64,000 bases of DNA, from NCBI GenBank assembly GCA_965197905.1, contig CBDAOB010000005.1, positions 1,984,001 through 2,048,000 of the forward strand, written 5' to 3'. The notes under the pieces were generated by a model that saw nothing but the letters and a program-made list of their open reading frames with translations, was not told the origin of the DNA and made no database searches. Below are positions 1 through 9,052 of the stretch, piece after piece. Each line of letters opens with the position of its first letter. The first letter of the stretch is position 1. Made by a program: the position numbers and the translations under genes. The stretch comes from Candidatus Latescibacterota bacterium (lineage in GTDB: Bacteria; Latescibacterota; UBA2968; UBA8231).

Positions 1-534
1 GCGCTGCATTATATTGGTGGACTACTTCGTCACGCGCGCGCCGTCATCGCCTTCACCAACCCGACCACCAACTCCTACAAACGTCTGGTCCCCGGATATG
101 AAGCTCCGGTGAATCTGGCATATTCGCAGCGCAATCGCTCGGCTGCCATTCGCATTCCGATGTATTCCTCCTCGCCCAAGGCCAAGCGAGTGGAGTTTCG
201 CTGTCCCGATCCCAGCTGCAATCTGTATCTCGCTATGAGTGCCATGCTAATGGCCGGAATTGACGGCATCGAGAACCGTATCGATCCCGGCGATCCAATG
301 GACAAGGACATCTATGATCTGCCGCCGGAAGAGCGGGCTTCCGTGCCACTCACACCCGGTTCGCTCGACGAAGCGCTGGAGGCGCTGGAGGAGGACCACG
401 AGTTTCTGCTGAAAGGCGACGTCTTCACCGAGGATGTCATCGAAGCGTGGATAGACTACAAGCGGGAAACTGAAGTCGATGCGGTTCGCCTCAGACCTCA
501 CCCCCACGAGTTCGAGCTCTACTTCGACATTTAG
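1..534 (+). CDS. glnA: Glutamine synthetase type I, C-terminal part (5'-truncated by window edge)
   Basis: Frame 1 is open from base 1: [12 protein letters not shown]...[36 protein letters not shown], adenylylation motif [12 protein letters not shown]-terminus [13 protein letters not shown]. Confidence 0.97.
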   Translation, partial: ALHYIGGLLRHARAVIAFTNPTTNSYKRLVPGYEAPVNLAYSQRNRSAAIRIPMYSSSPKAKRVEFRCPDPSCNLYLAMSAMLMAGIDGIENRIDPGDPMDKDIYDLPPEERASVPLTPGSLDEALEALEEDHEFLLKGDVFTEDVIEAWIDYKRETEVDAVRLRPHPHEFELYFDI

Positions 535-581
535 GGGGCGCCCACAAAAAATTCGTCGGGCGTAGAACTGGTTAGAACGGA

Positions 582-617
582 AAACGGGGATGATACCTAC
601 CGGTATCATCCCCGTTT
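582..617. terminator. Intrinsic, probably bidirectional terminator between convergent glnA and flgM
   Basis: Perfect 16-bp inverted repeat AAACGGGGATGATACC-tacc-GGTATCATCCCCGTTT with T-rich tails. Confidence 0.85.
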
Positions 618-638
618 CTGTTTCTGGACAATCTTGGA

Positions 639-1094
639 TCAGGCCATTTCGTCGATCATGCGCTGCGCGGTATTCACCAGCGCCTCGCGCGTGTCGAAAG
701 CCCCCGATTCTACTTTGCCTCGTGCGCTCGCAACAGCATCTTCGCGAAAGTCCGGCACTTCGGCCAGCTTCTCCAGCGCAACCCTGAACTGACCGATATC
801 GTCGACCACGGTTCGGACGCCGCTGGACTCAAGCACCGAATCTGCAATTTTTTCACGCGCGTCGCGCGTGTCATAGAATCCTGAATCGATCCGTTCTCGA
901 ATCTCCCTAAGGCGGGGATTGAACTCTTCTGGTGCCGTCTTTGCAAGCTGTGAAAGGCCTGATAGTTCGGATGCATCCCGCGAGATCTCTACGGAATCTG
1001 CAGGACGAGCGCCTTCCTTATTAGGCCGTGCAGCGGCACTTCGCTGATTTGCCTGGGAAACCTTGGGCTGCTCGGGCAACCCGTCAATGCGCAT
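639..1094 (-). CDS. flgM: Anti-sigma28 factor FlgM-like protein with duplicated C-terminal module
   Basis: DSVEIS motif, RLREIRERIDSGFY...KIADSVL and a second copy VPDFREDAVASARGKVESGAF; sigma28 promoter directly upstream. Confidence 0.8.
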   Translation of the reverse strand: MRIDGLPEQPKVSQANQRSAAARPNKEGARPADSVEISRDASELSGLSQLAKTAPEEFNPRLREIRERIDSGFYDTRDAREKIADSVLESSGVRTVVDDIGQFRVALEKLAEVPDFREDAVASARGKVESGAFDTREALVNTAQRMIDEMA

Positions 1095-1140
1095 CGAATA
1101 TCACCCCTGCTCTGTATGGTTTTTCCCGCTTCTACTCTTA

Positions 1141-1167
1141 CTATCGGCTGATTCAGTAGATACTTTA
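1141..1167 (-). promoter_or_regulatory. Sigma28 (FliA) promoter of flgM
   Basis: Minus strand TAAA-N15-GCCGATAG. Confidence 0.85.
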
Positions 1168-1249
1168 GCACCCAAATCTGAAAGGTTGTCTGAATTTCTC
1201 TGAATATAGCAAAAACGCGACATTTATTCAATTCCGCTAGAATCAGATA

Positions 1250-1666
1250 CTACCGTCGGCTGTCGAGAAATCGGGACTCTCGAACGCGCACATTCGTGTA
1301 CCCCTTGGCCGCCCGTCGCCCCTGCCCCAGCCTGCCGAGATCCCGTTTCGTGCGATCGAGCAGAATGTACAGTGCACGTTCGTTCAGGTTCCGAATCTCC
1401 TCCACCTTAATGATGATTTGCTTCACCGAGGCCTTGGAATCCAGTAACGCCCGGTCGCCTCTCTCGCCCTCCTTCAGATCTGGCATCTCGGCCTGTCGCA
1501 GCTCGATCTCGACCATGGCATGGTGCATACCCCGGAACGCCGATTCCAATCCGGGCAAGTCCTCGTTTTCGATAAAGGACTTCTGTTCCAAACCCAACTG
1601 CAACATATCGCCGTAGGCGATTCTCTGACGCTCAAGAAGGTCTAACGCTCTCTTCAATTCAGCCAT
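1250..1666 (-). CDS. FliT/FlgN-like flagellar export chaperone
   Basis: 138-aa helical protein directly after fliS; C-terminal GY...RFLDSRR pattern resembles FlgN/FliT-type chaperones. Confidence 0.6.
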   Translation of the reverse strand: MAELKRALDLLERQRIAYGDMLQLGLEQKSFIENEDLPGLESAFRGMHHAMVEIELRQAEMPDLKEGERGDRALLDSKASVKQIIIKVEEIRNLNERALYILLDRTKRDLGRLGQGRRAAKGYTNVRVRESRFLDSRR

Positions 1667-1670
1667 TTGC

Positions 1671-2102
1671 TCAGCCCGTAAACACTACTCCAGTCGCTGC
1701 CGAACTCGGTTCCGAGTCCTTGCCCTCGGTAGCGATGACGTTTTCCCAGGCCTCCAGCAGATTCTCCATTATGCCGATCACATCTTCGATGGGTTTCGGG
1801 TCCATCTTCACGTTCGCCTGGACCAGCTGGCGATAGGAGAAGAGGTAGAGACGCTGGAGGTTCCGAGCGAGGTCGTTGCCGCTGTCCAGCATCTCTTGGT
1901 CCAGGGCGTAGAGCAACTCCAGGATTATGTCCTGTGAGCGAATGAGGCAGTTCCCTTTACCCTCCATGTCCTTCTTTTCCATGAGCAGGAGCGCCTTTTT
2001 CATAAACTTGATGGCACCCTGGTAGAGCATGACAATCAGTTTGCCCTTGTTCGCCGTCTTGATCTGCACCTGGTTGTACTGCTTGTAGTTCGAGTTATTC
2101 AT
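1671..2102 (-). CDS. fliS: Flagellin chaperone FliS
   Basis: YKQ..IKTANKGKLIVMLYQGAIKF, QDIILEL..ALD, LARNLQRLYLF, LLEAW. Confidence 0.95.
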   Translation of the reverse strand: MNNSNYKQYNQVQIKTANKGKLIVMLYQGAIKFMKKALLLMEKKDMEGKGNCLIRSQDIILELLYALDQEMLDSGNDLARNLQRLYLFSYRQLVQANVKMDPKPIEDVIGIMENLLEAWENVIATEGKDSEPSSAATGVVFTG

Positions 2103-2127
2103 TTGTCCTCAGGCTGTGTTCCTGTCC

Positions 2128-5100
2128 TTATCTAGTAAACGCGGCCAACTGGCTGGAAAGAAAATCGCCTTGCGATTGGAGGGTAGCAAGACTGCCTTCC
2201 AGAGCGGCGAATTTGTTGACAAGCCCGAGTCGGGTCTGCTCTATACGTCGATTCATGGAAGCGATCTGGTCGTCTAGATCGTCGATGGTGTCTTCGATCG
2301 CATCCCGACGGCTCTTCAGCGAGCCGTCGAATTCGTCGGTGATGAATCCCAGCGCGTCGCTCAACAAACGCCCGATGCCGTAGACCAGTTGCACATCCCC
2401 GAGACTTCCCCCTGACGCGGCTAGCTCGTCGGCGCTGAGGTCGACGCGCAAAGACAGACCTTCCACATTTTCGGAATTGAGTTTCCCCGTCAGAATGCGG
2501 CCGAAACCATCGGTCTCCTCACCATTGATGGTGCCTTGCACATCGGTGCCCGCCACTTCGGTCTGGGCCAAACCCAGTTCGGTGATCGCGTTGCCGATAC
2601 TGAACCCGTTTCTTTCCCCGGGGGAATTGTGATCGAAGGCCAAACGGCCGCCGCTGTTCGAAGCGGTGATATCGATGGCAAATCTACCCTCGTCCTCGAC
2701 GTCGATGCTGCCGAAGTTCAGATTGCCGCCCCCTTCGTTCTCTTCGATCAACGTTACCGTCAACCGACTAGGTCCGACTTGATTATCGGTGACCACGATG
2801 CGCCCGTTGGAATCGACGGACGTACTTAAGTTTCCGTTGAAGGTGTTGCGCACGGAGGTCAAGAGATCGGCCACCGTACTGTTCGCCGTATCTCCAATAG
2901 TAAATATATTGGTTACACTGTTGCCATCGTGTGTAGTACCGTTGATGCGTATGGTGTCACCGGTCGTCACATCGGCGCCGAAGATGTCCGCAAGGGCCGT
3001 ACCCCCGGTCACAGCGGTAGTGCCGTTCGTCGTGTTGGCTATGCTCGCCCGGCGGACCTCGGCCACATCGCTGTTGAGAGTGGTGTTTATCTTCGACACT
3101 ACCTGATCGAGCGACTCGCCGGCTTTCAGCTCGATGATCGCCGGGCTGTCCGTAGCTTTGTCCGTCACGGTCAAGGTGTGGTCTTCCGACAGACTTCCCA
3201 GAAGCTCCTGATCGCTTATCAGTGAAGCTTTGCTGGCCGCCTGGGTTACCGAAACGGCGTAGCTTCCCTGATTCGTGTTTCTGTTTGACGATATGAACTC
3301 GAGGCTGCTGTTCGTCGTGGAACCCTGCGCCACGAACAATCTGCGCACATTCTCGAGGTTCTCGTTCAGGGCCTCGGTCAGACGCTCGTCCTCGATGTTT
3401 AGGCGGCCGCTGCGGTCGAAGGTGATGCCGATGAGCACGAGGGCGTTGAATCCTTCATCTAGACCGGGAATCTGCGTAGTTACGATCGATCTCAACCTCG
3501 ACTGCAACGCTATGATAGTGGAATCTCCCGCCAACGGTCCACCCCGCTGCGTCGCTTCGTCGACGGCGAACTGCTGATCGATCAGGTCCATCGCCGAATT
3601 GAAGTCGGAGACGAACTGAGTGATGTTTTCCCGCAGCTCGGTGGTATCGTCTTTGGTGACATTAATCTCGACGCTGCTGCCGACCTCTGCCTCTTTCAGG
3701 TCGAGGGTGATGCCCTGCACTGCGTCTGTGACGGTGTTGGTAGCGCGACTCAAGGTTATGCCGTTGATGCTGAACGAAGAGTCTTGACCCGATTGCAGTA
3801 CCGACGATTTCGCTTCGATGCCCTGCGTGGTCACTGACAGCTCGCCCAGGCTCAGGCTTCCGCCCCCCTCGTTGTTGGCCTGCAGAGACAAGCTGATGGA
3901 ACTGGACCCTGCCTCGTCATCCGCAAGGACGATACGGCCGGAAGCGTCGACAGAGGCGGTGACGGCGTTGCCGAACGTCTGCTCGATCGAGTTCAGGAGG
4001 TTACTGACCTTGAGGTTGGCACTGGAGATTGTGAAGCTTCCGCTAACCTGGTCTCCGTCGTGATCGACCCCGGAGATGGATATCGTGTCCCCGGCTTGCA
4101 CGCCGGCATCGAGGATGTCCGCTAGTCGCGTGTCTGCGGTGAGCGTCGTGGGCGCCGCCAAGACACCCAGCTCCTCCAACACCCCACCGTCGTCAGAGAA
4201 TTCCGTCGTGCCGTCGATTTGCAGTTCGAACTCGGTTGGTCCGATCGCGTTTATGGATGCGGTGACACCTGTGGGTGCCGCCGCGTTGATGTTGTCGCGA
4301 ATAGCGGCCAGGGTGTCCGTCGTGAAATCGATGGCAACCGTCTGATCGCCAATGGTGACCGTGCCGGCGGCAGAGGATCCCAACAAGGTTTCGATCGTGT
4401 CTGCATCGCTACTCTGTAGATCGCTTTTCGCGCCATTGGTTATTGCGTTCTTGACGGCACCCTTGGCGAGATTGGTTCCGTTAGAGGTCAGGACCCGTGC
4501 AACGCTCTCGAAAGCGCTGTTGGAGCCGATGACAATGCCGGCGGTTTCGAGCACGTTGTTGTCGTCGATGAAGTCGCTGGTACCGTCCACTCTCAGCGCA
4601 AAGAGGGAGTTGTCATCCTCGTCAGTGCTGCTGACAATCGAAGTGGTCACCCCGGTAAGTCCGGCTGCGTCGATCTTGGCCTGAATGTCAGCCAGGGAAT
4701 CTTCCGCCAGGTCGATATCTACGTTCTGTCCGCCCACGACCACGGTTCCAGACTGCGCTCCGCTCAGACCCAGCAGGGATCCTATCGACGTGGTAGTGCT
4801 GCGGAACTGGTCGGTCTCAACGCCGGATGTAATGCCGTCGGCGGTGTCCCCATCGGTATCCAGAATACCCATGCTGGTGAGGACACCGCTCCCGTCAGCG
4901 AAGGTGATAGTGCCGGAAATCTCCAGCTGAAAGCGATCGAGCCCGCCCTGATTGCTGGTGACCACGTCGGCTGTTACGCCGGTAGGAGCTGCTGTGTTGA
5001 TCTTGTCGCGGACATCAGCCAGGGTATCAACGGCCAGATCGATCGCGATCTCCTGATCCCCAATGGTGACCGTGCTGGACGGGGGCGAACTGAGATTCAG

Positions 5101-5607
5101 CAGGCTCCCCAGCGATTCATCTTCGGCGAGGAATTGGGCGCTGCGAGCGCCGTTTACAAAAGCATTTTTGATGGAAACGTCACTGGAGGTGAACCCAAGC
5201 CCCTGCCCAATGAGGCAGCTGCCGGCACCTTCAACGTCGAGGTGCTCGAGCTGGCCCAGGCGCAGTCGATTTCCTCCCGTTCCTTTTCAAATCTTACAGA
5301 TGCGCTGAATCTCAACGGCGAAATCGTCATCAACGGCAACGGCGTTGAGATCGACAACCTTGGCGGTATCGGAGGAGCGGGCACTGACGATCGAAAACAG
5401 GTCGTCGTCCTCCAGCTTCTCTACCGAACCCTTGAGGTTGAGAAGATTGGAGTTGATCGCTTGAATCAAGCCCCGCTGCTGCTCCAGGCGGACTTGCCGC
5501 TGTTGGATCAGGACTACGGGCCGCCGTTCAATATCGACCAGCTGGCTTATGATGAGATCCGTATCGAGACCGGATCCGAGGCCAGAAAAGGACACTCCTT
5601 GGGACAT
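2128..5607 (-). pseudogene. fliD: Large flagellar cap protein FliD, interrupted as assembled by an internal inversion (~5207-5355) and a probable deletion
   Basis: FliD N-terminus FSGLGSGLDTDLIISQLVDIERRP at 5607 and C-terminus KFAALEGSLATLQSQGDFL at 2128 share one minus-strand frame; the intervening FliD-like peptide NEAAAGTFNVEVLELAQAQSISS...INGNGVEID is on the + strand. Confidence 0.85.
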
Positions 5608-5666
5608 AAAGCGCTATCCTTCAGACCACAATGTAATAGTGAAGACGAAGCCTGAGAGTTGCTCTC

Positions 5667-6014
5667 TTAGGCTTCGTCGTTCACTAACAATCCGATAATC
5701 TTTTGCACACTCACACTGGCATCCAGGACCTGCTGCGGGGGAATCTGTTTGACGACCTCCCCAGCCGAATCTTTGATACGCAGGAGCAGCATTCCGGTCG
5801 CGTCATCTACCGAGACCGAATAGTCACCATCGAACCGGCTGAGGGCTTCGTTCAGTTCCTCGGCCAGCACTTCCACATCCTTTGCTGACAGTTCCGCGGG
5901 CTTTTGCTGTTCTACTTTTCTCTCAGCTTCAGCCTGCCCGGTTCCCTGTCGGGATTTCGCGCTCTCCTGGAGAGCCAAGTGCGATAAATTTTGGGAACCA
6001 ATTCCTTCAATCAT
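5667..6014 (-). CDS. flaG: Flagellar protein FlaG
   Basis: SVSVDDATGMLLLRIKD..GEVVKQIPPQQVL...GLLVNDEA; located between flagellin and fliD. Confidence 0.9.
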   Translation of the reverse strand: MIEGIGSQNLSHLALQESAKSRQGTGQAEAERKVEQQKPAELSAKDVEVLAEELNEALSRFDGDYSVSVDDATGMLLLRIKDSAGEVVKQIPPQQVLDASVSVQKIIGLLVNDEA

Positions 6015-6100
6015 TTTTGATCACCTCTCCGAGAGAGATGCTTTCCATTCTCAGTTTACCGTGTCATCGCTCCTCGCGGTAGAATTCCCGTAATTGAGCC

Positions 6101-6160
6101 GTGGACGACGGCGCGTTTCAACCCGGTAACTACCGAACCTGAAATCCACGCCATCTCCAC
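6101..6160 (-). other. Long imperfect RNA stem-loop 3' of flagellin 1 (stabiliser or attenuator before flaG-fliD)
   Basis: Minus strand GTGGA-GATGGCGTG-..TTTCAG-GTTCGGT-agtt-ACCGGGT-TGAAA-CGCGCCGTC-.TCCAC pairs end to end using G-U pairs. Confidence 0.55.
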
Positions 6161-6186
6161 TTTACTAGCTCCTTTTACCGGGTCTC

Positions 6187-7383
6187 TTACTGCAGCAGCG
6201 CAAGCGCGTTCTGCGGCAGTACATTTGCCTGTGCCAGCATGGCCGTGGCCGCCTGCGACAGGATCTGTGCCCGCGTAAAGGACGTTACTTCGGCAGCGAT
6301 GTCGGCATCGCTGATCGATGCTTCCGAGGCCTGGATGTTCTCGATCTCGTTTTCGGTATACGAGATGGAGAAGGCCAGGCGGTTCTGAAACGCGCCCACG
6401 TCACCGCGTTGCTGTGCAACCGCGGTAATCGCCTGATCGAGCGCCGTAATCGCGGTGCGCGAGTCGCCTATCGTGGCAACAGTAGCGGTGGTCAGGTTCA
6501 GATTTACGCCGGTGGCCGACATGTCGAGGATGTTCACCTCGATGCGATTGAACGCTTTGTCGGTCGGTCCAACCTGAAATGAGCCGCCGGTGCCCGTATT
6601 GATGACGATGGTCTGTGCCTCGAGCGCGCCGTCGGCGTAGGAACCCGTCGCAGTGCTGACATTGCGGCCGGCCAACGTAACCTGAATCCCGAGGCGGTCG
6701 AAGTTCGCTACGATCTGAGTACCCGTGGCGACAAAATTGCCGTCCAACAGGGTGCCCACGCGAATCGTCTGCGAGACTATGCCGTTACCCAGGGTGATCT
6801 CGCTGTCATCGGTCGTGGTGCCGGTGCCCTGGGCGTTGGCAGCCCCGTTGTCCTGGAACGTATAGGTTCCCGAAGCGGCACCCGAGATCTTGGTATCGGT
6901 GACTCCGCTGGTATTGCTGGCCGTCACGGTCGTCGACGTGCTTGAGTCAACTATGTTCCCGTATCCCTGCAACAATGTCTGATTGTTGTAGGTCGTAGCG
7001 CTCGCTATACGGTCGATCTCCTGCGACAGCTGTGTGAATTCAGCCTGAATCGATTCACGATTCCCGTCGTTGACGGTACTCGAAGACGATTGCACCGACA
7101 GCTCCCGCATCCGAATGAGGATGGCATTGACCTCGTTCAGGGAGCCTTCGGCCACCTGCAACAGATTTGAAGCCTGCTCGGCGTTGAGCACATTCATCTT
7201 GAGACCTGAGATCTCGGCTCGCATTCCTTCACGGACCGACAAGCCTGCGGCGTCGTCGGCTGCCCGGTTTACCCGCAACCCGGAAGCTAATCGTTCCAGT
7301 CTAATTCCCAGCGTGCGGTTGTTCTCGTTTAAGTGCCGCCTCGAATTGATGGCGGCTATGTTGTTGTTAACACGGAGTGGCAT
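6187..7383 (-). CDS. fliC: Flagellin (copy 1, 398 aa, likely major)
   Basis: ERLASGLRVNRAADDAAGL, RGDVGAFQNRL, ISDADIAAEV...QAATAMLAQAN. Confidence 0.97.
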   Translation of the reverse strand: MPLRVNNNIAAINSRRHLNENNRTLGIRLERLASGLRVNRAADDAAGLSVREGMRAEISGLKMNVLNAEQASNLLQVAEGSLNEVNAILIRMRELSVQSSSSTVNDGNRESIQAEFTQLSQEIDRIASATTYNNQTLLQGYGNIVDSSTSTTVTASNTSGVTDTKISGAASGTYTFQDNGAANAQGTGTTTDDSEITLGNGIVSQTIRVGTLLDGNFVATGTQIVANFDRLGIQVTLAGRNVSTATGSYADGALEAQTIVINTGTGGSFQVGPTDKAFNRIEVNILDMSATGVNLNLTTATVATIGDSRTAITALDQAITAVAQQRGDVGAFQNRLAFSISYTENEIENIQASEASISDADIAAEVTSFTRAQILSQAATAMLAQANVLPQNALALLQ

Positions 7384-7418
7384 CTAATCGAACCTCCTTG
7401 TTTGTCGAATACTTAAAT

Positions 7419-7430
7419 GGCATCCCTGCC
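7419..7430 (-). promoter_or_regulatory. CsrA-binding hairpin in the flagellin 1 leader
   Basis: Minus strand GGCA-GGGA-TGCC hairpin with GGA in the loop; a second site ACAAGGAGG overlaps the SD; csrA and fliW are in the window. Confidence 0.7.
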
Positions 7431-7568
7431 AATTATGTATGCCCTGTTCCCCAACAGGTCATGCATTTACCCGATCGATCTAAAAAAGTGTTTAAACTAG
7501 AGACGTTGTTTCAAACCTCCTTCTCAACGAAACTGATGCTGCCTAGACTTTGGCCATCTTGTAATAAC

Positions 7569-7596
7569 TTATCGGCAATCCACGTCGTAATCTTTA
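7569..7596 (-). promoter_or_regulatory. Sigma28 promoter of flagellin 1
   Basis: Minus strand TAAA-N16-GCCGATAA. Confidence 0.8.
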
Positions 7597-7620
7597 GTAC
7601 TTTTCTGCTTTTGCTCGCAA

Positions 7621-7659
7621 ACGAGCCAAGGCCCTGACCGAAGGCCAGGACCTGCTCGT
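7621..7659 (-). terminator. Stem-loop downstream of flagellin 2 (terminator-like)
   Basis: Minus strand AGGTCCTGGCC-ttc-GGTCAGGGCCT with outer ACGAGC/GCTCGT pairing; U-tract is weak. Confidence 0.5.
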
Positions 7660-7719
7660 GTGGTTGTTTCTTTATTATCGTCACCTACTAGGCAGATCTT
7701 AAGCTGCCAAATGCCCTTT

Positions 7720-8883
7720 CTATTGGAGCAACGACAAAACCTGTTGCGACTTTGCGTTAGACTGGGTCAGCATGGCGATCGCCGCCTGGCTCAGGATCTG
7801 ACCTCGCGTAAAGGCGGTTACCTCGGTCGCCATGTCGGCATCTCTCAACGTGCCTTCGGACGCGGTATTGCCCTCGATGGAACCGTCGGTGAAGTTGATC
7901 GTGTGCTGCAACCTATTCATTATACTACCCAGATCGCCTCTGACCTGGGCTACCTTCTCAATCGCTTGATCGACTTGGCCGATCGCCGTTCGCGCGCTCA
8001 GCTGCGTGCCCAGGGAGACGGCGTTTAGATTCAAAAAGGCACCGGAAGCGCTCAAATCCTCAATCGTTACTTCCACTCTGTCCTCTGTGGCGTTGTCGGC
8101 CCCCACCTGGAACGAACCTCCCGTGCCACCGTCAATTACGATAGTCCGGTTGTTCAGGTCTCCGTCGACGTAACTACCGGTGGCGGTGCTGACGTTGTGG
8201 CCTGCCAGGGTAACCTGAATACCGAGGCGGTCGAAGTTGGCGACCGAGGTTGTGCCGGTGGCTACCGCGCTGCCATCCAGCAAAGTGCCAATGTTTATGG
8301 TCTGGCTGACCGTGCCGTTGCCCAGCGAAATCTCGCTGTCGCCGGCTGTATCGCCGAAGGTATAGGTTCCGGAAGCGGCGCCTGAAATACGCACCTTGGT
8401 CGCCCCGGTCTGGTCGCCGGAAGTCAGGGCTGTCGAATCGGTCAACCCCACTGTATTGCCGAAACCGCTGAGCAGCGTCTGATCGTTGTAGACCGCAGAC
8501 TTCGAGATGCGATCGATTTCGGCCTTTAGCTGGTTGACTTCGGCCTCGATCGATTCTCGATTCTTGTCGTTGGTCGTGCTGCTTGACGATTGCACCGCCA
8601 GCGTGCGAATCCGAATCAACATGGCACTGACCTCGTTCAAGGCCCCTTCGGCTACCTGAACGAGATTCGACCCCATTTCGGCGTTTTTGACCCCCTGGGC
8701 TAACCCGGTGATCTGCGCCCGAAACCCCTCTGAGATCGCCAGTCCAGCGGCGTCATCGTCGGCGTTGTTGATTCGCAAACCGGATGAAAGTCGCTCGAGG
8801 CGGGTATTCAAATCCTCGTTGTTCATCCGGACGTGCCGCCTGGTGTTTATGGCGGAGATATTGTGGTTAACTTCCAGGGCCAT
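7720..8883 (-). CDS. fliC: Flagellin (copy 2, 387 aa)
   Basis: ERLSSGLRINNADDDAAGLAISE, RGDLGSIMNRL, LRDADMATEV. Confidence 0.96.
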   Translation of the reverse strand: MALEVNHNISAINTRRHVRMNNEDLNTRLERLSSGLRINNADDDAAGLAISEGFRAQITGLAQGVKNAEMGSNLVQVAEGALNEVSAMLIRIRTLAVQSSSSTTNDKNRESIEAEVNQLKAEIDRISKSAVYNDQTLLSGFGNTVGLTDSTALTSGDQTGATKVRISGAASGTYTFGDTAGDSEISLGNGTVSQTINIGTLLDGSAVATGTTSVANFDRLGIQVTLAGHNVSTATGSYVDGDLNNRTIVIDGGTGGSFQVGADNATEDRVEVTIEDLSASGAFLNLNAVSLGTQLSARTAIGQVDQAIEKVAQVRGDLGSIMNRLQHTINFTDGSIEGNTASEGTLRDADMATEVTAFTRGQILSQAAIAMLTQSNAKSQQVLSLLQ

Positions 8884-9003
8884 ACCAAAACCTCCTTGTC
8901 TTGGGGCTCTTCCATGTTACCGGAAGATTCATTCCTCCGGGACTGGACTCGAGTGCCATGTAATGTGACTTTATAGCACTTGATATTACTTTCTACACCC
9001 CTT

Positions 9004-9030
9004 TTATCGACATGGACCCAAAGGGCTTTA
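9004..9030 (-). promoter_or_regulatory. Sigma28 promoter of flagellin 2
   Basis: Minus strand TAAA-N15-GTCGATAA. Confidence 0.75.
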
Positions 9031-9052
9031 GATAATTCTTTCCGTTTTTTGC

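Noticed and set aside
5134..5655. 173-aa + strand ORF as an independent gene
   Set aside because: Only its middle ~49 aa is protein-like, and that is the inverted fliD fragment; the rest is antisense to fliD.
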